Notes under the pieces: generated by a model | The model's database searches: none | The model's input: only the letters and a program-made list of their open reading frames with translations | What the model was told of the DNA's origin: nothing | Source: Promethearchaeota archaeon | GTDB taxonomy: Archaea > Asgardarchaeota > Lokiarchaeia > Sigyniarchaeales > SOKP01 | DNA length: 64,000 nucleotides | Assembly (NCBI GenBank): GCA_019058445.1 | Contig: JAHPZA010000001.1 | Span: 32,001-96,000, forward strand | Reading direction: 5' to 3' | Translations under genes and position numbers: made by a program | Part shown: piece after piece, positions 1-10,387 of the stretch | Layout of the letters: the number at the start of each line of letters is the position of its first letter | How positions within the stretch are numbered: the first letter of the stretch is position 1

Positions 1-150
1 TTATATTATCAAAAAAAGGTTTTGTGTGGTAAAAAAATTCTAGTTTTTACCAAAAAGTGTGGTAAGAAAAAACGAATTGTTAAAAATTACCCAAAAAAAT
101 CAAAATAATATTAATGAAATAATAATAATCTAATAACAGGGGTTTTAGGC

Positions 151-1032
151 ATGGTTGTAGAATATGATACGGTTTCAAATTTTTGTCCAGAATGTGGGGG
201 TTTAACGCAAGTTTTTTACGAAAGAGGAGAGACAGTATGTAAGGCTTGCGGTCTGATAGTTGATGAGCGCGGTCTTGACTTATCTCATAGTGGGATAAGG
301 GCATACACAAAGCAAGAAAAAGATAAGAAGGAAAGAACAGGATGTCCTATTTCAATTTTAATGCCTGACATTGGATTGAGTACGGTGATCGACCGAACCA
401 AAATTAAGAATCCAGATTTACGAAGGGCGGCAAAGTGGAATACACATATGACATGGGAAAAGAGGAACATGCTAATCGCTATTACGGAGCTAAAGAGGAT
501 TGGCAGCAACTTGAATTTTCCCGAGCGCGTAAAGAAGGCGGCAGTTCGGCTTTACAAGGAAGTGTTTAAAAGAAAACTATTGCGAGGCAGATCGATAAAT
601 GGTATGGTTGCGGCTTGTGCGTATTTTGTGTGCAAGGAGGAGAAAGTACCCATTACGCTCCAAGAGATTTTAGACGAGGCATCCATAAACCAAAACATTG
701 TAAAAAAGTGTTATAAAATTTTAGTAAGAGAGTTGAATTTAAAATCGCCTCATATCGATCCGGTTTCATTGATTCCAAGGTACTGCGCCGATTTAGGCCT
801 GGGGATTGATGTAGAAAAAGAGACGATAACGGTATTACAGAAGTTTATCGCAAATTCATCCATCTGCGGAAAGGATCCAAAAGGATTATGTGCTGGGGCA
901 ATTTATTTAGTTGCCAAGCTCAAAAACAGAAAAATCAGTCAAAAGGAAATCAGTCGGGTTATCAACGTCACGGAAGTGACCTTACGTTCCCGATATAAAG
1001 AGCTTTTAAATGGTATTAGTTTTAATTTCTAA
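151..1032 (+). CDS. tfb: Transcription initiation factor IIB (TFB)
   Basis: N-terminal Zn ribbon CPECG...CKACG, B-reader, two cyclin repeats (GRS...AAC.Y; GKDPKG..AGAIY) and terminal HTH SQKEISRVINVTEVTLRSRYKEL. Confidence 0.96.
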   Translation: MVVEYDTVSNFCPECGGLTQVFYERGETVCKACGLIVDERGLDLSHSGIRAYTKQEKDKKERTGCPISILMPDIGLSTVIDRTKIKNPDLRRAAKWNTHMTWEKRNMLIAITELKRIGSNLNFPERVKKAAVRLYKEVFKRKLLRGRSINGMVAACAYFVCKEEKVPITLQEILDEASINQNIVKKCYKILVRELNLKSPHIDPVSLIPRYCADLGLGIDVEKETITVLQKFIANSSICGKDPKGLCAGAIYLVAKLKNRKISQKEISRVINVTEVTLRSRYKELLNGISFNF

Positions 1033-1293
1033 ATAAGGATTGTAGAAACTATTTTTCTTTCTTTCTTTTTTTAAAAATTTTTTTAAGAATTAATTAAAAA
1101 TCGTAATTATTTACTAATTTTTTATTGTTTTGAGTAAAATTTAGATTAAATTTTATCGTTTTTTAACAAAAGTTTTATATATAAGTTGATGATAATAGAC
1201 AAATTAATCAACATTTATTTCACAAATAAGTCCAATATATTAAATTATTTTTAAAAAAACAAGGAAACCAACATAAAATAAGATGAGATTAAA

Positions 1294-2694
1294 ATGAGTA
1301 CGGAATGGGAAGATGAAAAGGTATCGATTGGGAAAAGGACGTCATACTCGATGATATGGCTGTTTGATTATATTGTAATAGCAGGTCAATTGTTATTGCT
1401 ATTCCACTATTACCAGGTCGAGATCGGATTATCTACTGCTTTAGTGGGTCTTGCGTTTACAATCTTCGCAGTATGGAACATGATTAACGACCCTCTCATT
1501 GGGTTCCTGACCGATAAGCCCATGCGATGGTCGAAAAAATGGGGGTTGCGGATGCCGTGGATCATTATTGGAGGTGTTCTTACTACACTGTTTTATGTCC
1601 TTCTATTCACGGTGCCTAATGTTGACCCGAAGGAGAATCCTTGGCCGATATTTTGGTACGTTGTAATCATGACATGTCTTTATGACACCTTTTATACAAT
1701 TCTTACTTGTCATGCCTACGGAGGTTTTGCTAATGTATTTCGTACTAGAGAAGATCGCAGGAAGGGTGGTACAATAGGTCAGTTCATGGGTACAGCATCA
1801 CGATTTATTATGATGGGAATATTAATTCCTCTCATTCTTGTAACCGGGGATCCCAGCACATATATTACATGTTCATTATTCACAGCTATAGTGATAGGTG
1901 TTGCTCTTATCCTTTTTATTCCTGGTATCCATGAAAGCGAAGCGGTAAAAACGCGTTATCTTGCGGTGTGGGAGTATTTAAAGGAAAGAAGATTACCCTA
2001 CTTTAAGTTCCTTAAAATCGTATTTAAACAAAGAAATTATATGTTAACTCTTTTTTCTTTCGCTATGTTCACATTTTCATATGCCTTATATTACGCAACT
2101 ACATTATATCTTATTGAGGATGTTTTACGCGTGGGTTTGGAAGCAATGGCGCTTGCTGCTATATCATATACTATAGGTTTTCTAATATCAATTTGGCTAT
2201 GGTCTCGTTTCGTTGCAGATAGATTGGGACATTCGAATACATGGGCGCTAGGTTTGGCAGCTTTAGGTGTTGCATATTTAGCTGCTATGTGGTATACGAC
2301 TGTATTTGAATATGTTCTATGGCATTTTATAGCGGGAGTAGGATCAACTGGATTTTATGCCGTTTGGCAGTCAGTTTTTTCGGATGCATATGATGAGGTC
2401 ACTGACGCAGCTGGGGTTCACCAAGAGGCGTCGCTTGTCGGAATTAATAACTTTTTCTTTCGTTTTTGTTGGGCGATTATTGGTATGGTTATGGCAGGCA
2501 TTTTTATTCTAACGGGGTATGTCCCGGGTGCGTCCGTACAAAAGCCATCTGCCCAAATGGGGATTCGGATACTTGTAGGAGGTATACCTGCAGTCTGTTG
2601 TTTCATTGGAGCTTTAGTGATAGTTTTATTTTACAATCTAAAAGGAGAGAAAAGAGAACAATTAATGAAAAGTCTGCGCGAAAAAGGGCTTTAA
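1294..2694 (+). CDS. MFS transporter, GPH (glycoside-pentoside-hexuronide) family
   Basis: About 12 hydrophobic segments; WNMINDPLIGFLTD and WGLRMPW motifs typical of MelB/GPH symporters. Confidence 0.88.
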   Translation: MSTEWEDEKVSIGKRTSYSMIWLFDYIVIAGQLLLLFHYYQVEIGLSTALVGLAFTIFAVWNMINDPLIGFLTDKPMRWSKKWGLRMPWIIIGGVLTTLFYVLLFTVPNVDPKENPWPIFWYVVIMTCLYDTFYTILTCHAYGGFANVFRTREDRRKGGTIGQFMGTASRFIMMGILIPLILVTGDPSTYITCSLFTAIVIGVALILFIPGIHESEAVKTRYLAVWEYLKERRLPYFKFLKIVFKQRNYMLTLFSFAMFTFSYALYYATTLYLIEDVLRVGLEAMALAAISYTIGFLISIWLWSRFVADRLGHSNTWALGLAALGVAYLAAMWYTTVFEYVLWHFIAGVGSTGFYAVWQSVFSDAYDEVTDAAGVHQEASLVGINNFFFRFCWAIIGMVMAGIFILTGYVPGASVQKPSAQMGIRILVGGIPAVCCFIGALVIVLFYNLKGEKREQLMKSLREKGL

Positions 2695-2904
2695 AAAAGC
2701 CTTTTGATTTAAATTCTAATAAAAATCTTACTTTTTTTTTGATCTTTACTTTTTATAAAAAAATAAGAGAACTAAATATAACCCTTCTCAGTTAGAGCGA
2801 TTATTAAGAGAAAGGTTATTACGAAGTTTTGATATTACTTGAAAGATATAATCTATGAACTCTAAAATATCTTTAAAGCAAAAGAAGTTGTGTAATGAAA
2901 GAGT

Positions 2905-3627
2905 TTAATTTTGGTGTCCGGTCCTTCTGGCAGCAATTTGTCCTACTTTTCTGCCAGGAGGGGCATTTCTGCTGGTAGTAGTAGGTTTATGAGGTGATTG
3001 TTTTGCTCCTCCGCCATAGGGATGAGAAGCTGCGGTCATTGCGACTCCTCGGACGACCGGCCATTTTTTAGCTTTCGATTGCTTGTAGTAAAATTTATTG
3101 CCCGCTTTAACAAAAGGTTTATCGGTTCTTCCGCCACCGGCAACTACTCCTACGGTGCACAGGCAATTTTCGTGAAACCATTTTCGTTTTTTGGAGCGAA
3201 AAAGAAGTTCAACTTTATTACCAGAGCGATTTCTCACAATGGCTGCGACTCCTGAAGCTCGCGCAAATTTTCCGCCATCTTGAGGTTTTCCTTCGATATT
3301 ATATACTAAAGTTCCTAAGGGAATCTCTTTTAATGGTATAATCGTTCCCACTTCAATAGGTTGTCCGCTTTTGGCTTGAACGAACTCATCACCTTCATAA
3401 ATTCCTTCTGGAGGGAGCCATAATCCTTTTTGGCCGTCTTCATATTTTATTTTAGCTAAAGGTGCCCCTCTTCCTGGAGAGTGAATAAGTTCTATGACTT
3501 TAAATTTGAATAGTTCTTCTCCTTCTTTGAAGGGGCGATATTTTACAGCGCCGACATGTCGATGTGAGGGTGAACGCCAAGCTAAAGTTCCTCGTCCTTT
3601 CCGTTGCGCAAGAATTCTCTTTCCCAT
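2905..3627 (-). CDS. rpl2: 50S ribosomal protein uL2
   Basis: MGKRILAQRKGRG, HSPGRGAPLA, WPVVRGVAM...HPYGGG, PPGRKVGQIAARRTG. Start set at the ATG of MGKR. Confidence 0.97.
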   Translation of the reverse strand: MGKRILAQRKGRGTLAWRSPSHRHVGAVKYRPFKEGEELFKFKVIELIHSPGRGAPLAKIKYEDGQKGLWLPPEGIYEGDEFVQAKSGQPIEVGTIIPLKEIPLGTLVYNIEGKPQDGGKFARASGVAAIVRNRSGNKVELLFRSKKRKWFHENCLCTVGVVAGGGRTDKPFVKAGNKFYYKQSKAKKWPVVRGVAMTAASHPYGGGAKQSPHKPTTTSRNAPPGRKVGQIAARRTGHQN

Positions 3628-3768
3628 CTGAATCACGAAATATAGTAATTAGTATAATTTAATTAATAAAAGTTTAAATTTTTTATTATTTTGCGTAGTG
3701 GGTAATGAAAAATTAGGAAATTGAAATAAAAAAAAGAACACATGAGGAGTATTCATAAGTGCAAAAAA

Positions 3769-5127
3769 TTAGAGCTTTTTGTTTTTTAATAATTCGTCTA
3801 TGTTATAATTGAATGCAATGGGAATTTCTCTTTCGATAATCTCACCGGCTATATTTTTAAGGAGCATTTCTTTAACTTCTTGAGGATTAGTAGTTTGTCC
3901 TAATACCCATCCAAGTTTCACATAACCTACTTCGGGCAGCATATTTTTTCCGGGTATGACACCCATATTTTGTAATTCTCGTCCAGTGGAGTATACATTC
4001 ATTCCTACAAACCCATGCAAAGTTTGGGTGGTCATAAGAACAACGATTCCTTCCTGGACGGCTCTTTCAACAGATTCATAAATCGTAGTGCTTACATGCC
4101 CCAGCCCTGTACCGGCAAATACAATACCTTTATATCCTTTATCAATATAGAAATCAATTAGCTCTTTATCTAATCCGGGATAAGAATAGACCAGGGCAAC
4201 CTTTTTTTCGAATTGAGGCAACACGCTTGTTTGAGATTTTGATCTTTTATTATAATTGGTTTTGAACATTTTTATTGTTCTGTTTTGAACCATTCCTAAT
4301 GGGATATCGTCAATTGTTCTAAAGGTATTTCTAACTGAGGAGTGCATTTTTCTTACTAAGGTGCCTCTATGGATTAAGCCATACTCATGTGCAGTGGAAC
4401 CTAACATGGTAACTACCACTTCAGCGATATTTGAAGTTGCAACAATTGAAGCATTAATTAAATTCAATGCTGCATCAGAAGAGGGTCTGTCCGAACTCCT
4501 TTGGCTTCCCACAAGAACAACTGGGATTGATAAATCTTGTAGCATGAATGATAAAGCTGCTGAGGTGTAGCTCATTGTATCAGTTCCGTGCCCAATAATA
4601 ATCCCATCTTTTCCAGAAGTTGCTGCTTCTTCAATTTTTTTAGCTAATTGTTGCCAATAGTCAGGTCTCATATTTTCTGAGAGAATTTCAAAGACAATTT
4701 CCGTGTCAAGATTGCATATTTCAGCTAATTCGGGTACTGCGCTAAAAAGTTCTCCCGGGGTAAAAGAGGGAATAACAGCCCCTGTAGTATAATCTAATCT
4801 AGAAGCCACAGTTCCACCGGTTCCTAATAATTTAATGTTAGGGAGTTTTTTATTGATGGGAAATTGTTTTTCGGGAATTTTATAATGGGCTTCTCTTTTT
4901 CCTATTTTTTCAATAGTGAGGATTTGTGTGGCGTGAATTCCAATGTTATAATTATTTTCAAGCTTAATTTCAATATAATCTGGAGCGGAATATTCATTCC
5001 TAGGGAGCACAATGCCTTCATACTCACCCTCTTTGGTTTTTACTTTAATAATATCCCAAATAGCAACTTTATTTTTTTTTAGGATTTCTTTCCCTTTTCC
5101 TTTATATCCTTTTAAGTTTTCTGCCAT
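3769..5127 (-). CDS. gatD: Glutamyl-tRNA(Gln) amidotransferase subunit D
   Basis: Asparaginase-like TGGTVASR, HGTDTM, GSQRSSDRPSSD; N-terminal KLENNYNIG domain; adjacent to gatE. Confidence 0.96.
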   Translation of the reverse strand: MAENLKGYKGKGKEILKKNKVAIWDIIKVKTKEGEYEGIVLPRNEYSAPDYIEIKLENNYNIGIHATQILTIEKIGKREAHYKIPEKQFPINKKLPNIKLLGTGGTVASRLDYTTGAVIPSFTPGELFSAVPELAEICNLDTEIVFEILSENMRPDYWQQLAKKIEEAATSGKDGIIIGHGTDTMSYTSAALSFMLQDLSIPVVLVGSQRSSDRPSSDAALNLINASIVATSNIAEVVVTMLGSTAHEYGLIHRGTLVRKMHSSVRNTFRTIDDIPLGMVQNRTIKMFKTNYNKRSKSQTSVLPQFEKKVALVYSYPGLDKELIDFYIDKGYKGIVFAGTGLGHVSTTIYESVERAVQEGIVVLMTTQTLHGFVGMNVYSTGRELQNMGVIPGKNMLPEVGYVKLGWVLGQTTNPQEVKEMLLKNIAGEIIEREIPIAFNYNIDELLKNKKL

Positions 5128-7047
5128 TTATTTCAACTCCTTTAATTTTTGCTGTAACATAATTTTTAATTCATTAGAAACGATATTACCGTCAATTTTT
5201 CCCCTCACTTTTTTCATAACTTCTCCCATCAAGGGTCCCATAGCTCTCATTTCTTTTTCTTTTACCATGTCTTCATTCTTAGTTACAATATCTCGTATTA
5301 TTTTCTTTAAATCGTCTTCTGAAATTTTTTCAATTTTTAGCTCTTTTTTAAGTTCATTTATTGATAAATCAGGAGTTTCTGACTTTGCAATCATAAAATC
5401 TTCAATCGCTTCTTTGCCAATTTCGCCATTTTTTAAGAGGGAAAAAACATCGATAAAATCTTTTTCTGTAATATTTTCGACATCTTTCCCGTCTCTTCTC
5501 AACGCCGTGGTTGTCTCTAATAGAGTGGTTATTATAAGAGTAGGATTATCAGGAGTGATTTTGAGTAGCTCATTAAAAAGGTGTAAATTACCGGTAAAAA
5601 TTAATTCTTTAATTAATCGTTCTTCCATTTTATATTTTTGCGAGTATTGCTTGATTATAGTCCATGGATACTCAGGCAGGTTTTTTTGTATCTCTTTAAT
5701 TTCTTTTTCTGGGTTAATTATTGCCTGCGAGTCAGTATCTGGGTATAATCTTGCACCCCCATGTAATTCTCTTAAAAATTCTGTATTGCCATTTTCCAAT
5801 GCTCTACGTGTTTCAGGCGGGACTCCTTTAAAAGCATATTTAACCCGATTAATAATAACATTCATAGCCTTATTGATTTCATCCTGAGTTCCTAAGATTA
5901 ATATAAAACAATCATCTTGTTTTGAATTTAATTGCTTGTGAAGTTTTTTAATATCCTCATCAGAGAATTTATAATTTTTTAAATTTTCATCTGAATGAAT
6001 AATACCTTTCAATCCAGAAATAGATTTAACTTTGCTACTTACTTCGGTGCCAAATCTATAATCTTCCATCAATTCCATCCCAAAAATCCCTTTAAAACCT
6101 TTTATATTAATTCCGTAGAGTTTTTTTCCAGATTTTATTCCTTTGGAAATGAAATTTGACTTAGTATTTGCCATTATTTTTGATAAATCAATAGGCTTAC
6201 TTATGGTATTATCTTCTTTTACAGCTCGTTTCTCCAGTTCTCCTTTAATTTCAACTAATTTTAACTGTCTTGAGACTTCATGATTGATTAGGATTGGAAT
6301 CCAGTCTAATTTTTGGACACCTTTAATCTCGATTCTAGTTCCTTTTTTAATACTTACATTAACATCTTGTCGAATAGAACCTAGAACTTTTTTTACTTTA
6401 GAAGTCCATAGTAGTAATCCTAGTCGTTCGGCAGCTTCACGGCATTCATATGGATCGCTGATATCTGGTTTAGTCGTAACTTCTACTAAAGGAATACCTA
6501 ACCGATCTAGTCGAAAAAAGTTAGTTTTGTTTTCGGTTTTGATTTTTCTGGCGGCATCTTCTTCTAAACAAAGGATGTCTATGCCGATTTTTTTTCCATT
6601 TTCTAATTCCACATAGCCATCTTTCGCAAGAATCATTGTTCTTTGAAAGCCACAGGGGACGCTTCCGTCAAGGTAATTTTTTCTGCACACATGCATTTCT
6701 TCAATGATGTTAGCATTCAGAAGTAACGCAATTTCCATAGCAATTTTTCTCGCTTCATCATTACAGTCAAAAGGGGGAGTTTCATCTAATTCATATGTAC
6801 AAATTACGTCATTATAGCCTTCATAAGTAATGTCCATACCTTTTTCGTATTCCGTAAGCATGGCCTCATCATAGGTCCCCATTTCTCCTAGAACTGGTCT
6901 CATGAAGCGTTTTATCATAAAATCAGGTTCGCGCGTACCTTGTAATTTATTAGGGCATCTACAAAATAATTTTGTGTTAGAATCAAGTTGTTGATGAATT
7001 TCGAGACCACACATAAGACCTAATTTTTCATAATCAAACTCTTCCAT
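5128..7047 (-). CDS. gatE: Glutamyl-tRNA(Gln) amidotransferase subunit E
   Basis: GLEIHQQL, KLFC.CP, DGS...GFQRT, LEEDAAR, LDRLGIPLVEV, IRQDVNVSI, GVPPETR, RLYPDTD. Confidence 0.96.
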   Translation of the reverse strand: MEEFDYEKLGLMCGLEIHQQLDSNTKLFCRCPNKLQGTREPDFMIKRFMRPVLGEMGTYDEAMLTEYEKGMDITYEGYNDVICTYELDETPPFDCNDEARKIAMEIALLLNANIIEEMHVCRKNYLDGSVPCGFQRTMILAKDGYVELENGKKIGIDILCLEEDAARKIKTENKTNFFRLDRLGIPLVEVTTKPDISDPYECREAAERLGLLLWTSKVKKVLGSIRQDVNVSIKKGTRIEIKGVQKLDWIPILINHEVSRQLKLVEIKGELEKRAVKEDNTISKPIDLSKIMANTKSNFISKGIKSGKKLYGINIKGFKGIFGMELMEDYRFGTEVSSKVKSISGLKGIIHSDENLKNYKFSDEDIKKLHKQLNSKQDDCFILILGTQDEINKAMNVIINRVKYAFKGVPPETRRALENGNTEFLRELHGGARLYPDTDSQAIINPEKEIKEIQKNLPEYPWTIIKQYSQKYKMEERLIKELIFTGNLHLFNELLKITPDNPTLIITTLLETTTALRRDGKDVENITEKDFIDVFSLLKNGEIGKEAIEDFMIAKSETPDLSINELKKELKIEKISEDDLKKIIRDIVTKNEDMVKEKEMRAMGPLMGEVMKKVRGKIDGNIVSNELKIMLQQKLKELK

Positions 7048-7160
7048 AGTTAATCAAGTTTTTAGTATAATTTATTATTTTTTCATAATTTCTAGTGTTT
7101 TTGTTGTTCCATCACATATAACGAGGATGAAAAGTAAGATATATCTAATTTAAGTTAAGG

Positions 7161-8252
7161 TTAAGTGAGTGTTTCTTCTAAATAAAATCTTCCATTCTCT
7201 TGAGTAATATTTGCATATTTTGAAAGATGGTTAAGTAAAAAATCATAGTCTTCTTTGTTTTTTTCTTTGGAGAGCCGAATTTGAAAAATTAAATCTGTTT
7301 CATTTTCTATTCGAATCCAGTGCAAATGTTCAAAATATTTTAATAAGCTTAGTAAAAATGTCCCATCTTCTCCGAACTCCTTTAAATCATTTTCAATAAT
7401 ATCAACCCATCTCTCTCTGGCTTTATTATTAATAAAATGTATGATAGCATCATTATCCTCAGCCATTTTACTCCATAAATAATAGGTTTCATCATTAATA
7501 ATACGATTAAAATTTATCATAAATCGAAGATTAGAGTCTACAAGTTTTTTTCTCTCTTTTAAAGCTAATTCTTTCTTATAGAATAAATCTGTCGGGGTAA
7601 GATCATAGCGAGCATAGATATCTTTATCAGAATAAATAAAATCTATTATTTCAGCTCCCATTAGAGCTATTATTGCCGCATTAAATTTGCAATTTTCAAA
7701 ATGTAAATTTCTATAACCTTTTTTAGCAGAATATTCAAAAATTATTGAGGGGTACTTAATATCTTTTTTAGTATAAAATTCTAGATGCGCATCTTTTAAC
7801 ATTTTATTAGAGAACCAGACCGTTTTCAATCGTTCCAAAGATAATTTTAAAGCTTCTAAGTGGTGAGGATCCATATTTTGGGTATAATATTTTCGCACTG
7901 TTAAAATAAAATTGAGCATCGAAAAGATATCAATATCGGTGTATCTATTCATTTTAGCGACCATCTCATGGAATGGAACTATAGCTTTAAATCCAAATTG
8001 ATCATATATTTCATCAATCTCACTGTCAATTACTTTACTAAAATCATCTAATGTTTTTCCTTTTTCAAGAATATTTAATACATTTTCCATTACATAACAA
8101 TAAAACGCAGAAACACTTTTATATCTCACATCATGTGGAAGTTTCTCATGCATAACGTTTACGTGTCTTTTTATCCAATCTTTAAGTGCTGGAGATATGG
8201 AAATTGCCTGCTGGGATATTTTTTTATTAGATAAATATTTTTTCGGAGTCAT
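7161..8252 (-). CDS. Hypothetical protein, possible N-terminal ribbon-helix-helix
   Basis: 363-aa ORF; N-terminus QAISISPALKDWIKR...YKSVSAF has a strand-helix-helix pattern. Function not recognised. Confidence 0.6.
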   Translation of the reverse strand: MTPKKYLSNKKISQQAISISPALKDWIKRHVNVMHEKLPHDVRYKSVSAFYCYVMENVLNILEKGKTLDDFSKVIDSEIDEIYDQFGFKAIVPFHEMVAKMNRYTDIDIFSMLNFILTVRKYYTQNMDPHHLEALKLSLERLKTVWFSNKMLKDAHLEFYTKKDIKYPSIIFEYSAKKGYRNLHFENCKFNAAIIALMGAEIIDFIYSDKDIYARYDLTPTDLFYKKELALKERKKLVDSNLRFMINFNRIINDETYYLWSKMAEDNDAIIHFINNKARERWVDIIENDLKEFGEDGTFLLSLLKYFEHLHWIRIENETDLIFQIRLSKEKNKEDYDFLLNHLSKYANITQENGRFYLEETLT

Positions 8253-8492
8253 AATATATCACGAGTACGAAGGGACTTATTAGTATATATTAGATAAAAT
8301 CTTATAAAAATATTTATTTTTTCATAAAGAAATAAGATTTATTGAATATTTTTTCTTTTATGTAATACATTTTATCCAAAATTATAAGTAACGATTAAGA
8401 TTTCTTAATAAATGTTTTTTTGGAGTGATTAAACAATAATACAAATTAAGAAAAACCTATTATATACATTTAAATAGGGGAATGAAATTTGT

Positions 8493-8604
8493 GACACGGA
8501 TAGATCAATCCATAATAATATATATTTAAATAAGGAGACTTTTGGATCCAGGACCTAAAACAAGCTAAGAAAGAGAGTAGAGGGAGAAGGGCAAAATCCG
8601 TGTC
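8493..8604. other. Candidate structured RNA element closed by a 9-bp perfect stem
   Basis: GACACGGAT (8493-8501) is the exact reverse complement of ATCCGTGTC (8596-8604). It also shares AGGGCAAAATC with the island repeats. Confidence 0.35.
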
Positions 8605-10226
8605 TATAAATTCTTAGAAACAAAAGGTCCGTCTGGTGTATAGCCGAGAGAATAAAACCAATCTTTAGCTCCAATTCCACTTATGACAGCTAATTTGTGT
8701 GCGTCAAAATCTTCGCTTGATATTTTTTCTGCATTTTCCATTAATAATTTGCCATAACCTCTGTGCTGGATTTGAGTGAATCTATTAGGCTTTAAATCTT
8801 TAGGAACTAATTCTCCAACAACTTTAATTTCTCTGATGATCAAGGTTTTTCCATCATTTAATTCCTGTCTATGAGCAAAATCAGAAGGTTTTCTTAAGCG
8901 TAAATACCCCACTAAATAATGTTCTTTTTTATTTTCAAAGGATAAAAAGATCTCATTTCCTTGAGACGCCTCATAATCCTGGCGATATAATTGAATCTCA
9001 TCAAAAGAATGCTCACTTACGGGACTTTTTCTGTTGCTTATTCCATATTCGCGGCATCTAATACAATTACATGATTCATTCGTTATTTTCAACTTTTCTT
9101 GTACAAGTTGTCTTAAATTACTATTTTTACAACCTGCTTCAATCAAATAAGCTGGTATATCCCTCATTATTCTTTGAATTCTCACATAAGAGGGGAGATT
9201 CTTTTTCGCATTTGCTATTAGATCTATTAAATCTTCAGTGGAATAAGGAGTATACTTTCCTTGAATCCACCAGTCATACAATTCCGTTCCCTTAATTACT
9301 AAGCAAGGGTAGATTTTTAACATATCGGGTCGATAATCAGGATTTTCAAATAGAGAAGTGAACAAGTTAACATCCTTTACATAGCTAGAGCCGGGCAAGT
9401 TTGGCATGATATGAGCGTTAATCTTTAATCCAGCATCCTTGGCAATTCTTATTGCCTCGATACTATCAGAGGTTAAATGACCTCGCTTAACTAACTCATA
9501 TATCTCATTATATATAGTTTGAACCCCAATCTCCACGCGAGTTGTGCCATAATCGAGCATCCTATCTATATGAAATTCTTTGCAGTAATCTGGACGTGTT
9601 TCAATCGTTATTCCGATAACTCTTATCTTAGATTTCTCAGCAAAATGTTTTGCTTCTTCTAAAGTATTAACTCTTCTTTCAATAATTCCTTCCAAGGCTC
9701 CTTTAACGAATTCTTTTTGATAGTTTGGATCGGTTGATAAGAATGTACCACCCATGATAATAAGTTCTATTTTGTCGACAGTATGTCCAATGGCTTTTAA
9801 ATCAGTGATTCTACTTTGAACTTGTTCATAGGGATCATAATTGTTATGGATAGAACGTAGTGCCGCTGGTTCACGACCTGTATATGACTGTGCTACATTC
9901 TCTCCGGGTTGAGAAGATTCTCCTGGACAATAGATGCAAGTACCAGGACATGGGAGAGGTTTTGTCATTATAGCTACAACAGAAACACCAGATAAAGTTC
10001 TCGTGGATCTTCTTCTTAGAAGTTTTGTAATAACTTGTTTTTCACTTTCAGTCGCAAAATCTAATATGGTAGCATTCTTAATTACTTTTTTATAATTATA
10101 TTTTTTTCCAATCTGACCCTTTATGTTGGTAATTTTCTGTCGTGAAGTCTTAGGATATTTCATTAAGTATTCGATGATTTCTCTTGAGATTTTCTTTCGT
10201 AATTCAAAATCAGTGGCTTCATTCAT
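8604..10226 (-). CDS. elp3: tRNA uridine(34) acetyltransferase Elp3 (radical SAM + GNAT)
   Basis: RTLSGV, CPGTCIYCPG, SYTGREPA, MGGTF, ETRPD, GVQ, KIYP, QHRGYG, ISGIG. Start set at MNEATD. Confidence 0.95.
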   Translation of the reverse strand: MNEATDFELRKKISREIIEYLMKYPKTSRQKITNIKGQIGKKYNYKKVIKNATILDFATESEKQVITKLLRRRSTRTLSGVSVVAIMTKPLPCPGTCIYCPGESSQPGENVAQSYTGREPAALRSIHNNYDPYEQVQSRITDLKAIGHTVDKIELIIMGGTFLSTDPNYQKEFVKGALEGIIERRVNTLEEAKHFAEKSKIRVIGITIETRPDYCKEFHIDRMLDYGTTRVEIGVQTIYNEIYELVKRGHLTSDSIEAIRIAKDAGLKINAHIMPNLPGSSYVKDVNLFTSLFENPDYRPDMLKIYPCLVIKGTELYDWWIQGKYTPYSTEDLIDLIANAKKNLPSYVRIQRIMRDIPAYLIEAGCKNSNLRQLVQEKLKITNESCNCIRCREYGISNRKSPVSEHSFDEIQLYRQDYEASQGNEIFLSFENKKEHYLVGYLRLRKPSDFAHRQELNDGKTLIIREIKVVGELVPKDLKPNRFTQIQHRGYGKLLMENAEKISSEDFDAHKLAVISGIGAKDWFYSLGYTPDGPFVSKNL

Positions 10227-10387
10227 TTTAGAATTGTTAACGAAAATAAAGTTAGGGCTAATAATTTGTATTGTATTTATATTTATATACTTTATAACGT
10301 AAATATTTTGGGATTTCAATCAAAATAGCTTAGATTTCATAGTATTAAAGGAAAAAATAAAAAAATGAGATTAAATTGTTAAATAGA

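Noticed and set aside
5012-5887. 291-aa plus-strand ORF
   Set aside because: Antisense shadow of gatE/gatD with S/F/I-rich composition. The same applies to the other short ORFs nested in or opposite recognised genes.
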